Origin: Antedon mediterranea | Lineage: Eukaryota; Animalia; Echinodermata | DNA length: 64,000 nt | Assembly: GCF_964355755.1 (NCBI RefSeq) | Contig: NC_092674.1 | Coordinates: 16,244,001-16,308,000, forward strand | Reading direction: 5' to 3' | Shown: piece by piece, positions 38,972-54,500 of the stretch | Position numbering within the stretch: position 1 is the stretch's first letter | Layout: each line of letters starts with the position of its first letter | Notes under the pieces: generated by a model | Told to the model about the DNA's origin: nothing | The model's input: the letters and a program-made list of their open reading frames with translations, nothing else | The model's database searches: none | Position numbers and translations under genes: made by a program

Positions 38972-41900
38972 TTAGGTGATCATTTAGAATAAAATGATCA
39001 CCTATTGTTATTGTATGAAATCTTTATTCTTCTTATTCTTATTATTTATTTCTCTCTGTACAGATTTTGTGTAACAAATATCTCAAAAAGTTTAATGTTA
39101 ATGATTACCAAAATTTCACAATGTCTTTCAAATACGTTAACTTAGTCCTAATAAGCTTTTCAGCGTGATCACTCATCCGTGACGTCACGTATACGCCATT
39201 TTGTGAAATCACATTATCAATCATATCTCCATAATTCATTATCGCATATTAATGAAAATCACTACACGTAAACTTGAGGTCAAGATAAAAAATATTAGCA
39301 AATAAAAACTCGGGCGTTTCAAGGTCATGCGCGTGAAATCGCCCGTTGAAATTTTAAAAAGCTCAAAATTTAGTTTTTATCAATTTAGAGCATGAAATAG
39401 GCCATTTGCGTGTTTCAAAAAATTACTGCGTAAAAACACATTTTTGCGCACGCGATTTTTAAAAAGGGTAAAAAATAAAATTTGATGTATACATCATATT
39501 CTACTCACAATCCTTAGTACATTCTCCGACTTTGAGTCCATTCCGACTTAAAATAACGCTATACGAGCACGTTAAAAATGACAAAATGCGCACATTAATT
39601 GTACAAAAGTGCTAAAAATGGTAAAAAATAAGGCCTTTTTAAAATGAATATAACTCTTCAGAATGGCAGGTGACCCCCAATTTTTTTAACTTATTATGGA
39701 AGCCAATAAGTTGTAGATATAAATATATATACATATTAGACGTACAAAATGGTATGACGTCATCAAATGGCCACTTGAATTTAAAAATTAGTAATTTTTA
39801 TCTTTTTGTGTGGGTTATCACATTCAATAGAGCGCATCTCCGTTATTTGAGCCCGATTTTCGCACACATTTTAGTATGTGCTTGCTCAATTAATTATCTT
39901 TCTCGTGAGTTGTGAACATTTTTATTGTGATGACGTCATCACGCGTAAAAACTTGAATAACCTAGGTCGTGTAATTTCAGCTACACCATACATTTGAATA
40001 TCTTATAGCTCCTTAGAATTAAAGGTGACCTTGAAGATTATAATTTATTATGAAAGCTGATGAAATGTAGATATGAATTCATATTAAAATTAAGCCTATC
40101 GGATGCTGTGATGTTATCATATGACCAGTTGAAGTTAAAAAGTAGTTTTTAAATTTCTTTAGTCGAAGTTATAAAAATTTCAAAGACCGCGCATTGCGCT
40201 TCTACGTGTCAAATTTTCTTCCAATCCTTATATTTATTTGCTCAATTCATTATCTTTCGAAATTGTCATCTTCGAGTTTATTTTGAAAATTCCATCATAC
40301 CAAAAAATTAGAACACGATATGAGTCCCGTAATTTCACCTATGCTACACTGTATATAGATATACAGTATATACTGTACATATTGTATGACACATAGGTAG
40401 AACTCAGCACTATAAGTGTATATGCAATCATGTCATAGGATGGCGTACATCAACTTTTAACGATCGTATGTTAACGTACATGCATATTTAAAAAATGTTA
40501 ATTTTATTAAAATGATAAAAATGATCACCTATAATTCGTCAAAGTGACGAATTAAATTGGTTATCCGCAACGAAGTTGCAGGATAACCTCTTGTGATTGT
40601 ACGAAATCATCATCATCATCATCATCAACTTTTTATTCTTCTTCTTTCTTTCTGTATGATTTTTGTGTAACGCTTTTCTCTAAAACTCGCAAACATAACA
40701 TTTTGTTAACTATGTTAACATTTTGACATTTATGTAACGTCGTCAAGCGAAGCTTTTCATGATGTTTACAATTGCGCAACGTGACGTACGCGCGATTTAA
40801 CGATTTTATCGTATTTAACATATGTCGAAAACCAAATAACATTTTAAAGTGAAACTTTTCAAAAGTTTAATTTATATCATGCGCTAAATTTCTGTTGAAA
40901 AAAAATTGCGTGTTTTACACAAAGTTACGCGCGCACGCACATTTAAAATTTCAAAATGCGCAAAATTAATTTATAATCAACTTTCTACGCGTTTCATGTC
41001 GTTTTAAGCATGTCAAAAATTCCCACGCGTGCGCACATTTCTACGTGTGCGATGCGCACGTAGCATTGAAAACGTATTTTTTTCGCGTGATTTATGTTTT
41101 TCCAGCCTTTTCTAGTAATTTTACCAAATTTTAAACAATTTCGACTTAAAGATACGTCATACGAGCACGTCGAATTGGACAATTTGCGCGCGTTTTTTAT
41201 AAAAAGGTTAAAAAATTCGTTTAAAATATGCCTTTTTTTAAACAGTCGTAATTTCTAAACTAGACGGTCAAATTTTTGTGGATGACATATTCTGGAAGTA
41301 GATGAGTTGTAGATATCGGATCAGGTATTAATATGGCTAACCGGACATTGTGACGTCATCGTATGGCCACGCGAATATAAAATTTAGTATTTTTATATCT
41401 TTCGTCATAGCTCATCACATTGAATAGAGCGCATCTCCACTTATCCGTTTTCCATTTTCACCCCGATTTTGATATTGTCTAGGTCAATCAACTATCTTTC
41501 GCATGAGTTAAAAATATTTTAATTTTTTTGACGTCATCATGCCTAAAAATTTAAATCACGTGTGGCATCAATTTCATCTTTACAGTAAATTTTAATCTGT
41601 TATAGCTCGTAAGAATAAAATGTGATAATCACGATTAAAACTTTTTCTGGAAGCTATTGGATTGTAGATATGAAATTATGTAAAAATGTTGCCAATCGGA
41701 TGTTGTGACGTCATCATATGGCCAGTTAAATAAAAAAGGTCGTATTTTCATCTTTTTCGTCATAATTCATTACATTTAAAAGAGCGCGCATCAATATTTA
41801 ACGTATTCAAATTTCTTCTACACGCTAATACGTTGTTGCTGAGATAATTTGCTTTCGGAATTGCTAACTTCGCTTTTCATTTTAAAACCATCAACATCTT

Positions 41901-42176
41901 AAAAATTGCAATAAATAGCAGGTCCCGTAATTTCACCTATTCTACACTGTATGTCACTGTATGTGATATGGATACAGAATATACTGTGTATACTATATAT
42001 GAATTTAAATAATAAAATTCAGCAATAACAACATATCATATTCTTCAGTTCAGATCATAATGCCAACGTGAACACTTCCTTTTGTCCTCAACCTATCCCC
42101 TTAATGTTAATGTTGCACCACTTGCGCGGCGGATAACCAAACTCGTCAAAGTGACGAGTTACATGTCTAGTTCTAG
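38972..42176 (+). mobile_element. Family-B element whose last 6 nt (ttctag, 42171-42176) are displaced by a family-A insertion
   Basis: Head ttaggtgatcatttagaataaaatgatcaccta. The body stops at ...gtgacgaattaaa (40556) and ttctag resumes at 42171. Confidence 0.88.
40557..42170 (+). mobile_element. Reference intact family-A element
   Basis: ttggttatccgcaacgaagttgcaggataacc head, (cat)n, body, then gcggataaccaa-actcgtcaaagtgacgagt-tacatgtCTAG. Confidence 0.9.
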
Positions 42177-45100
42177 TTCTTCTTCTTTCTTTCTGTATGA
42201 TTTTTGTGTAACGCTTTTCTCTAAAACTCGCAAACATAACATTTCGGTAACTATCTTAACATATTGACATTTACGTAACGTCGTCAAGCGAAGCTTTTCA
42301 TGACGTTTACAATTGCGCAACGTGACTTACGCGCGATTTAACGATTTTGTCGTATTTAACATAGCTCGACAACCATATAACATTTCAACTTGAAAATTTG
42401 CAAAAGTTTAATTTATATCATGCGCTAACTTTCTGTTGAAAAAAAATTGCGTGTTTTACACAAAGTTACGCGCGCACGCGCATTTAAAATTTCAAAATGC
42501 GCAAAATTAATTTATAATCATTTTTCTACGCGTTTCATGTCGTTTTAAGCATGTCAAAAATTCCCACGCGTGCGCACATTTCTACGTGTGCGGTGCGCAC
42601 GTAGCATTGAAAACGTATTTTTTTCGCGTGATTTATGTTTTTCCAGCCTTTTCTAGTAAATTTACCAAATTTTAAACAACTTCGACTTAAAGATACGTCA
42701 TACGAGCACGTCGAATTGGACAATTTGCGCGCGTTTTTTATGAAAAGGTTAAAAAATTCGTTTAAAATATGCCTTTTTTTAAACAGTCGTAATTTCTAAA
42801 CTAGACGGTCAAATTTTTGTGGATGACATATTCTGGAAGTAGATGAGTTGTAGATATCGGATCAGGTATTAATATGGCTAACCGGACATTTTGACGTCAT
42901 CGTATGGCCACGCGAATATAAAATTTAGGATTTTTGTATCTTTCGTCATAGCTCATCACATTGAATAGAGCGCATCTCCACTTATCCGTTTTCCATTTTC
43001 ACCCCGATTTTGACATTGTCTAGGTCAATCAACTATCTTTCGCATGAGTTAAAAATATTTAAATTTTTTTGACGTCATCATGCCTAAAAATTAAAATCAC
43101 CTGTGGCAGTAATTTCATCTTTACAGTAAATTTTAATCTGTTATAGCTCGTAAGAATAAAATGTGATAATCAAGATTAAAACTTTTTCTGGAAGCTATTG
43201 GATTGTAGATACGAAATTATGTAAAAATGTTGCCAATCGGATGTTGTGACGTCATCATATGGCCAGTTAAATAAAAAAGGTCGTATTTTCATCTTTTGCG
43301 TCATAATTCATTACATTTAAAAGAGCGCGCATCAATATTTCACGTATTCAAATTTCTTCTACACGTTAATACGTTGTTGCTGAGATAATTTGCTTTCGGA
43401 ATTGCTACCTTCGCGTTTCATTTTAAAACCGTCAACATGTTAAAAATTGCAATAAATAGCGGGTCCCGTAATTTCACCTATTCTACACTGTATGTGATAT
43501 GGATACAGATTATACTGTGTATACTATATATGGATTTAAATAATAAAATTCAGTAATAACAACATATCATATTCTTCAGTTCAGGTCATAATGCCAACGT
43601 GAACACTTCCTTTTGTCCTCAACCTATCCCCTTAATGTTAATGTTTCACCACTTGCGCGGCGGATAACCAAACTCGTCAAAGTGACGAGTTACATGTCTA
43701 GTCATCTTTTTATTTTTCTTCTTTCTTTCTGTATGATTTTTGTGTAACGCTTTTCTCTAAAACTCGCAAACATAACATTTCGGTAACTATCTTAACATAT
43801 TGACATTTACGTAACGTCGTCAAGCGAAGCTTTTCATGATGTTTGCAATTGCGCAACGTGACGTACGCGCGATTTAACGATTTTCTCGTATTTAACATAT
43901 GTTGAAAACCAAATAACATTTCAACTTGAAACTTCGCAAAAGTTTAATTTATATCATGCGCTAACTTTATGTTGAAAAAAAATTGCGTGTTTTACACAAA
44001 GTTACGCGCGCACGCGCATTTAAAATTTCAAAATGCGCAAAATTAATTTATAATCAACTTTCTACGCGTTTCTGGTCGTTTTAAGCATGTCAAAAATTCC
44101 CACGCGTGCGCACATTTTTACGTGTGCGGTACGCACGTAGCATTGAAAACGTATTTTTTTCGCGTGATTTATGTTTTTCCAGCCTTTTCTAGTAATTTTA
44201 CCAAATTTTAAACAATTTCAACTTAAAGATACGTCATACGAGTACGTCGAATTGGACAATTTGCGCGCGTTTTTTATGAAAAGGTTAAAAAATTCGTTTA
44301 AAATATGCCTTTTTTTAAACAGTCGTAATTTCTAAACTAGACGGTCAATTTTTTGTGGATGACATATTCTGGAAGTAGATGAGTGGTAGATATCGGATCA
44401 GGTATTGATATGGCTAACCGGACATTGTGACGTCATCGTATGGCCACGCAAATATAAAATTTAGGATTTTTGTATCTTTCGTCATAGCTCATCACATTGA
44501 ATAGAGCGTATCTCCACTTATCCGTTTTCCATTTTCACCCCGATTTTGATATTGTCTAGGTCAATCAACTATCTTTCGCATGAGTTAAAAATATTTTAAT
44601 TTTTTTTACGTCATCGTGCTTAAAAATTTAAATCACGTGTGGCATTAATTTCATCTTTACAGTAAATTTTAATCTGTTATAGCTCGTAAGAATAAAATGT
44701 GATAATCACGATTAAAACTTTTTCTGGAAGCTATTGAATTTTAGATACGAAATTATGTAAAAATGTTGCCAATCGGATGTTGTGACGTCATCATATGGCC
44801 AGTTATATAAAAAAGGTCGTATTTTCATCTTTTGCGTCATAATTCATTACATTTAAACGAGCGCGCATCAATATTTCCCGTATTCAAATTTCTTCTACAC
44901 GCTAATACGTTGTTGCTGAGATAATTTCCTTTCGGAATTGCTACCTTCGCGTTTCATTTTAAAACCGTCAACATGTTAAAAATTGCAATAAATAGCGGGT
45001 CCCGTAATTTCACCTATTCTATGTATGTCACTGTATGTGATATGGATACAGATTATACTGTGTATACTATATATGAATTTAAATAATAAAATTCAGCAAC

Positions 45101-48100
45101 ATATCATATTCTTCAGTTCAGGTCATAATGCCAACATGAACACTTCCTTTTGTCCTCAACCTATCCCCTTAATGTTAATGTTGCACCACTTGCGCGGCGG
45201 ATAACCAAACTCGTCAAAGTGACGAGTTACATGTCTAGTCTTTTTTAGTTATCCGCACTCAGCGGATAACTCCTTGTAACTGTCCTGTTTCATCATCTTT
45301 TTTTTTTTTCTGTATTATTCTTTCTTTCTGTCATTTTTGTGCAGAGCATATCTCAAAAACGTGTAAAGTTAACATTTCATAACTTTGTCAACATATGGGT
45401 ATTCACCTGAAGTTGTGCTTTTCTATTTTTGAATGACGTCAGAATTGCACAACATGACTTACGCGCGTTTTAACGAATTTCGCGTATTTAACATACATCG
45501 AAAACCATATAACAATTTAAATTGAAACTTAACAAAAGTTTTAGTTATATCTTGCGGTAACTGACTTTGTAAAAAAAATGGCATGTTCTACACAAAGTTA
45601 CGCGCGCACGCGCGTTTAAAATTTCAAAACGCGAAAATTCAATTTCTAATCAACTTTCTACGCGTTTCATGTCATTTTGACCAGGTAAAAAATTCCCACG
45701 CGTGCGCATTTTTTTACGCGCGCCGTGCGCACGTAGCGTTGAAAACAAATTTTTTCACGTGATTTATGTTTTTCCAGCCTTTTGTAGTAATTTTACCAAC
45801 TTTTAAACGATTTAGACTTAAAATTACGTCATACGGGCACGTCGAATTGGATAATTTACGTGGGTTTTTGATGAAAAAGGTAAAAAATTCGTTAAAATTT
45901 GTCAAAATTATGCCTTTTTTTAAACAGTCGTAATTTCTAAACTGGACGGTCAACTTTTTGTGGATGACATATTCTTGAAGTTGATGAGGTGTAGATATCG
46001 GATCATGTAATAATATGGCTAACCGGACATTGTGACGTCATCGTATGGCCACGCGAATATAAAATATAGGATTTTTGTATCTTTCATCATAGCGCATGAC
46101 ATTTAATAGAGCGCATCTCCAATTATCTGTTTTCCATTTTTACCCCGATTTTTATATTATCTAGGTCAATCAACTATCTTTCGTATGAGTTAAAAATATT
46201 TTAATTTTTATGACGTCATCATGTCTAAAAATGTAAATAACGTGGGTCACTTATTTTCGTCTTTACAGTAAATTTCAATCTGTTATAGCTCGTCAGAATA
46301 AAACGTGATAATCATTATTAAAACGTTTTCTGGAAGCTATTGGATTGTAGATACGAATTTATGTAAACATTTTGCCAATCGGATGTTGTGACGTCATCAT
46401 ATGACCAGTTAAATAAAAAAAGTCGTATTTTCATCTTTTGCGTCATAATTCATCACATTTAAAAGAGCGCGCATCAATATTTTACGTATTTAAATTTCTT
46501 CTACACATTAATATTTTGTTGCCGAGATAATTTCCTTCCGAAATTGCTATCTTAGTATTTCATTTTGATACCGTCGCTATGTTAAAAATTGGATTAAATG
46601 GCGTGTCCAGTCATTTCACCTATTCTACACAGTATGTAATATGTATACAGATTACATTGTATATATAATATGACACAAAATAACAGAATTCAGCAATAAC
46701 AACATATCATATTCTTCAGATCAGGTCATATTGCCACAATCTTTTTCTGTGTGCAATATTCTAACGTATGACGTCTACGTGACCTTTGTCGTGCGGATAA
46801 CTAACTCGTCAAAGTGACGAGTTACATGTCTAGTCTTAATCTTCTTTCTTTCTGTATGATTTTTGTGTAACGCTTTTCTCTAAAACTTGCAAACATAACA
46901 TTTTGTTAACTATGTTAACATTTTGACATTTATGTAACGTCGTCAAGCGAAGCTTTTCATGATGTTTACAATCGCGCAACGTGACGTACGCGCGATTTAA
47001 CGATTTTCTCGTATTTAACATATGTCGAAAACCAAATAACATTTTAAAGTGAAACTTTGCAAAAGTTTAATTTATATCATGCGCTAACCTTCTGTTGAAA
47101 AAAAATTGCGTGTTTTACACAAAGTTACGCGCGCACGCGCATTTAAAATTTCAAAATGCGCAAAATTAATTTCTAATCAACTTTCTACGCGTTTCATGTC
47201 GGTTTAAGCATGTCAAAAATTCCCACGCATGCGCACATTTTTACGTGTGCGGAGCGCACGTAGCATTGAAAACGTATTTTTTTCGCGTGATTTATGTTTT
47301 TCCAGCCTTTTCTAGTAATTTTACCAAATTTTAAACAATTTTGACTTAAAGATACGTCATACGAGCACGTCGAATTGGACAATTTGCGCGCGTTTTTTAT
47401 GAAAACGTTAAAAAATTCGTTTAAAATATGCCTTTTTTAAAACAGTCGTAATTTCTAAACTAAACGGTCAACTTTTTGTGGATGGCATTTTCTGGAAGTA
47501 GATGAGTTGTAGATATTGGATCAGGTATTAATATGGCTAACCGGACATTGTGATGTCATCGTATGGGCACGCAAATATAAAATTTAGGATTTTGTATCTT
47601 TCGTCATAGCTCATCACATTGAATAGAGCGCATCTCCACTTATCCGTTTTCCATTTTTACCCCGATTTTGATATTGTCTAGGTCAATCAACTATCTTTCG
47701 CATGAGTTAAAAATATTTTAATTTTTTTTACGTCATCGTGCTTAAAAATTTAAATCACGTGTGGCATTAATTTCATCTTTACAGTAAATTTTAATCTGTT
47801 ATAGCTCGTAAGAATAAAATGTGATAATCACGATTAAAACTTTTTCTGGAAGCTATTGGACTGTAGATACGAAATTATGTAAAAATGTTGCCAATCGGAT
47901 GTTGTGACGTCATCATATGGCCAGTTAAATAAAAAAGGTCGTATTTTCATCTTTTGCGTCATAATTCATTACATTTAAACGAGCGCGCATCAATATTTCA
48001 CGTATTCAAATTTCTTCTACATGCTAATACGTTGTTGCTGAGATAATTTCCTTTCGGAATTGCTAGCTTCGCGTTTCATTTTAAAACCGTCAACATGTTA

Positions 48101-48364
48101 AAAATTGCAATAAATAGCGGGTCCCGTAATTTCACCTATTCTACACTGTATGTGATATGGATACAGATTATACTGTGTATACTACAGTATATATGAATTT
48201 AAACAATAAATTTCAGCAATAACAACATATCATATTCTTCAGTTCAGGTCATAATGCCAACGTGAACACTTCCTTTTGTCCTCAACCTATCCCCTTAATG
48301 TTAATGTTGCACCACTTGCGCGGCGGATAACCAAACTCGTCAAAGTGACGAGTTACATGTCTAG

Positions 48365-49949
48365 TTAGTTATCCGCTTAGTAGCGGATAACTCCTTGTGA
48401 TTGTAGTGGATCAATATTTTTTTTTTTTTTCTGTATTATTCTTATTTCTTTCCCATTTTTTTGTGAGTCACGTTTCTCTAAAATGTGTAAACGTAACATT
48501 TTATAACTTTGACAACATGTGGGCATTTACGTGAAGTTGTGCATCTCCTATTTTGAATGACGTCAGAGTTGCGCAACGTGACTTGCGCGCGATTTTATGA
48601 ATTTCAATGATTGATCATAGCTTAAAAACCAAGAGTAATTTTTTGTTTACCCTTTATGAAAATTTAAGTCATATCAAGGGCAAACTGTTAGTGCACTAAA
48701 AATGGCATGTTTTACAAAAAGTTACGCGTGCACGCGCATTTAAAATTTCAAAATGCGCAAAATTAATTTCTAATCAACTTTCTACGCGTTTCATGTCATT
48801 TTAAGCATGTAAAAAATTCCCACGCGTGCGCACATTTTTACGTGTGCGGTGCGCACGTAGCATTAAAAACATGTTTTTTTCGAGTGATTTATGTTTTTCC
48901 AGTCTTTTATAGTAATTTTACCAACTTTTAATCACTTTCGACTTAAAAGTTACGTCATACGAGCACGTCGAATTGGACAATTTGCGCTCGTTTTTGATGA
49001 AAAAGTACAAAAATTTGTCAAAATTATGCCTTTTTTTAAACAGTCGTAATTTCTAAACTACACGGTCAACTTTTTGTGGATGACATATTCCGGAAGTTGA
49101 TGAGTTGTAGATATCGGATCATGTATTAATATGGCTAACCGGACATTTTAACGTCATCGTATGGCCACGCGAATATAAAATTGAGGATTTTTGTATCTTT
49201 CGTCATAGCTCATCACATTTAATAGAGCGCATCTCCACTTATCCATTTTCCATTTTCACCCCGATTTTGATATTGTCTAGGTCAATCAACTATCTTTCGC
49301 ATGAGTTAAAAATATTTTAATGATTATGACGTCATCATGCCTAAAAATTTAAATTACATGTGGCATTAATTTCATCTTTACAGAACATTTTAATCTGTTA
49401 TAGCTCGTAAGAATAAAATGTGATAATCACGATTAAAACGTTTTCTGGAAGCTATTGGATTGTAGATACAAAATCATGTAAAAATTTGGCAAATCGGATG
49501 TTGTGACGTCATCATATGGCCAGTTAAATAAAAAAAGTCGTATTTTCATATTTTGCGTCATAGTTCATTACATTTAAAAGAGCGCGCATTAATATTTTAC
49601 GTATTAAAATTTCTTCTACACGTTAATATGTTGTTGCTGAGATAATTTCCTTCCGAAATTCCTATATCAGTGTTTCATTTTCATACCGTCACCATGTTAA
49701 AAATTGGAATAAATGACGGGACCCGTAATTTCGCCTATCCTACACTGTATTAATATGTATACAGATTATACTATGTATACTGTAAATAGTATATGACACA
49801 AAATATACAGCATTTAGCACTAACAACATATTATACTCTTCAGTTCATGTCAATATGCCATAATCTTTTTCTGTGTCCAATGTATGACGTGCACGTGGCG
49901 TTTGTCGTGCGGATAACTAACTCGTCAAAGTGACGAGTTTCATGTCTAG
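48365..49949 (+). mobile_element. Intact family-C element (others at 45245-46833 and 51773-53356)
   Basis: Head ttagttatccgcttagtagcggataact; 3' end gcggataactaa-ctcgtcaaagtgacgag...CTAG. Confidence 0.88.
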
Positions 49950-51535
49950 TTATTCTTCTTCTTTCTTTCTGTATGATTTTTGTGTAACGCTTTTCTCTAA
50001 AACTCGCAAACATAACATTTCGGTAACTATGTTAACATTTTGACATTTATGTAACGTCGTCAAGCGAAGCTTTTCATGATGTTTACAATTGCGCAACGTG
50101 ACGTACGCGCGATTTAACGATTTTCTCGTATCTAACATATGTCGAAAACCAAATAACATTTTAAAGTGAAACTTTGCAAAAGTTTAATTTATATCATGCG
50201 CTAACTTTCTGTTGAAAAAAAATTGCGTGTTTTACACAAAGTTACGCGCGCACGCGTATTTAAAATTTCAAAATGCGCAAAATTAATTTATAATCAACTT
50301 TCTACGCGTTTTATGTCGTTTTAAGCATGTCAAAAATTCCCACGCGTGCGCACATTTTTACGTGTGCGGTGCGCACGTAGCATTGAAAACGTATTTTTTT
50401 CGCGTGATTTATGTTTTTCCAGCCTTTTCTAGCAATTTTACCAAATTTTAAACAATTTCGACTTAAAGATACGTCATACGAGCACGTCGAATTGGGCAAT
50501 TTGCGCGCGTTTTTTATGAAAAGGTTAAAAAATTCGTTTAAAATATGCCTTTTTTTAAACAGTCGTAATTTCTAAACTAGACGGTCAACTTTTTGTGGAT
50601 GACATATTCTGGAAGTAGATGAGTTGTAGATATCGGATCAGGTATTAATATGGCTAACCGGACATTGTGACGTCATCGTATGGCCACGCGAATATAAAAT
50701 TTAGGATTTTTGTATCTTTCGTCATAACTCATCACATTGAATAGAGCGCATCTCCACCTATTCGTTTTCTATTTTCACCCTGATTTTGATATTGTCTAGG
50801 TCAATCAACTATCTTTCGCATGAGTTAAAAATATTTTAATTTTTTTGACGTCATCATGCCTAAAAATTTAAATCACGTGTGGCATCAATTTCATCTTTAC
50901 AGTAAATTTTAATCTGTTATAGCTCGTAAGAATAAAATGTGATAATCACGATTAAAACTTTTTCTGGAAGCTATTGGATTGTAGATACGAAATTATGTAA
51001 AAATGTTGCCAATCGGATGTTGTGACGTCATCATATGGCCAGTTAAATGAAAAAGGTCGTATTTTCATCTTTTGCGTCATAATTCATTACATTTAAAAGA
51101 GCGCGCATCAATATTTCACGTATTCAAATTTCTTCTACACGCTAATACGTTGTTGCTGAGATAATTTCCTTTCGGAATTGCTACCTTCGCGTTTTATTTT
51201 AAAACCGTCAACATGTTAAAAATTGCAATAAATAGCAGGTCCCGTAATTTCACCTATTCTACACTGTATGTCACTGTATGTGATATGGATACAGAATATA
51301 CTGTGTATACTATTATATGAATTTAAATAATAAAATTCAGCAATAACAACATATCATATTCTTCAGTTCAGATCATAATGCCAACGTGAACACTTCCTTT
51401 TGTCCTCAACCTATCCCCTTAATGTTAATGTTGCACCACTTGCGCGGCGGATAACCAAACTCGTCAAAGTGACGAGTTACATGTCTAGTTGGTTATCCGC
51501 AACGAAGTTGCAGGATAACCTCTTGTGATTGTACG

Positions 51536-51568
<33 letters not shown>

Positions 51569-54500
51569 ACTTTTTATTGGTTATCCGCAACGAAGTTGCA
51601 GGATAACCTCTTGTGATTGTACGAAATCATTGGTTATCCGCAACGAAGTTGCAGGATAACCTCTTGTGATTGTACGAAATCATCATCAACATCTTTTTAT
51701 TGGTTATCCGCAACGAAGTTGCAGGATAACCTCTTGTGATTGTACGAAATCATCATCAACATCAACTTTTTATTAGTTATCCGCTTAGTAGCGGATAACT
51801 CCTTGTGATTGTAGTGGATCAATATTTTTTTTTTTTTTCTGTATTCTTCTTATTTCTTTCCCATTTTTTTGTGAATCACGTTTCTCTAAAATGTGTAAAC
51901 ATAACATTTTATAACTTTGACAACATGTGGGCATTTACGTGAAGTTGTGCATCTCCTATTTTGAATGACGTCAGAGTTGCGCAACGTGACTTGCGCGCGA
52001 TTTTATGATTTTTAATGATTGATCATAGCTTTAAAACCAAGAGTAATTTTTTTTTTACCCTTTATGAAAATTTAAGTCATATCAAGGGCAAATTGTTAGT
52101 ACACTAAAAATGGCATGTTTTACAAAAAGTTACGCGTGCACGCGCATTTAAAATTTCAAAATGCGCAAAATTAATTTCTAATCAACTTTCTACGCGTTTC
52201 ATGTCATTTTAAGCATGTAAAAAATTCCCACGCGTGCGCACATTTTTGCGTGTGCGGTGCGCACGTAGCATTAAAAACATATTTTTTTCGAGTGATTTAT
52301 GTTTTTCCAGCCTTTTATAGTACTTTTACCAACTTTTAAACACTTTCGACTTAAAGTTACGTCATACAAGCACGTCGAATTGGACAATTTGCGCACGTTT
52401 TTGATGAAAAAGTACAAAAATTTGTCAAAATTATGCCTTTTTTTAAACAGTCGTAATTTCTAAACTAAACGGTCAACTTTTTGTGGATGGCATATTCTGG
52501 AAGTAGATGAGTTGTAGATATCGAATCATGTATTAATATGGCTAACCGGACATTGTGACGTCATCGTATGGCCACGCGAATATAAAATTTAGGATTTTTG
52601 TATCTTTCGTCATAGCTCATCACATTTAATAGAGCGCATCTCCAGTTATCCGTTTTCCATTTTCACTTCGATTTTGATATTGTCTAGGACAATCAACTAT
52701 CTTTCGCACGAGTTAAAAAATTTTTATTTTTTATGACGTCATCATGCCTAAAACTTTTAATTACGTGTGGCATTAATTTCATCTTTACAGTAAATTTTAA
52801 TCTGTTATAGCTCGTAAGAGTAAAATGTGATAATTACGATTAAAACGTTTTCTGGAAGCTATTGGATTGTAGATACGAAATCATGTGAAAATGTTGCCAA
52901 TCGGTTGTTGTGACGTCATCATATGGCCAGTTAAATAAAAAAAGTCGTATTTTCATCTTTTACGTCATAATGCATTACATTTAAAAAAGCGCGCATCAAT
53001 ATTTCACGTATTCAAATTTCTTCTACACGTTAATATGTTGTTGCTGAGATAATTTCCTTCCGAAATTGCTACATTTGCGTTTCATTTTGAAACCGTCAAC
53101 ATGTTAAAAATTTCAATAAATAGCGGGTCCCGTAATTTCACCTATTCTACACTGTATGTAATATGTATACAGATTATACTGTGTATACTATATGACAGAA
53201 AATTGACAGAATTCAGCACCAACAACATATCATATTCTTCAGTTCATGTCATAATGCCATAATCTTTTTCTGTGTGCCATATACCAACGTATGACGTGCA
53301 CGTGGCGTTTGTCGTGCGGATAACTAACTCGTCAAAGTGACGAGTTACATGTCTAGTTTCTCTTCTTTCTTTCTGTATGATTTTTGTGGAACGCTTTTCT
53401 CGAAAACTTGCAAACATAACATTTTGTAACTTTCTCAACATATCGTCATGCACATGAAGATGTGCAGCGAAGCTTTTCATGATATTTACAATTGCGCAAC
53501 GTGACCTACGCGCGATTTAACGATTTTGTCGTATTTAACATAGCTCGACAACCAAATAACATTTCAACTTGAAACTTTGCAAAAGTTTAATTTATATCAT
53601 GCGCTAACTTTCTGTTGAAAAAAAATTGCGTGTTTTACACAAAGTTACGCGCGCACGCGCATATAAAATTTCAAAATGCGCAAAATTAATTTATAATCAA
53701 CTTTCTACGCGTTTCATGTCGTTTTAAGCATGTCAAAAATTCCCACGCGTGCGCACATTTTTACGTGTGCGGTGCGCACGTAGCATTGAAAACGTATTTT
53801 TTTCGCGTGATTTATGTTGTTCCAGCTTTTTCAAGTAATTTTACCAAATTTTAAACAATTTCGACTTAAAGATACGTCATACGAGCACGTCGAATTGGAC
53901 AATTGGCGCGCGTTTTTTATGAAAAGGTTAAAAAATTCGTTTAAAATATGCCTTTTTTTAAACAGTCGTAATTTCTAAACTAGACGGTCAACTTTTTGTG
54001 GATGGCATATTCTGGAAGTAGATGAGTTGTAGATATCGAATCAGGTAGTAATATGGCTAACTGGACATTGTGACGTCATTGTATGGCCACACGAATATAA
54101 AATTTAGGATTTTTGTATCTTTCGTCATAGCTCATCACATTGAATAGAGCGCATCTCCACTTATCCGTTTTCCATTTTCACCCCGATTTTGATATTGTCT
54201 AGGTCAATCAAGTATCTTTCGCATGAGTTAAAAATATTTTAATTTTTTTGACGTCATCATGCCTAAAAATTTAAATCACGTGTGGCATTAATTTCATCTT
54301 TACAGTAAATTTTAATCTGTTATAGCTCGTAAGAATAAAATGTGATAATCACGATTAAAACTTTTTCTGGAAGCTATTGGATTGTAGATACGAAATTATG
54401 TAAAAATGTTGCCAATCGGATGTTGTGACGTCATCATATGGCTAGTTAAACAAAAAAGGTCGTATTTTCATCTTTTGCGTCATAATTCATTACATTTAAA

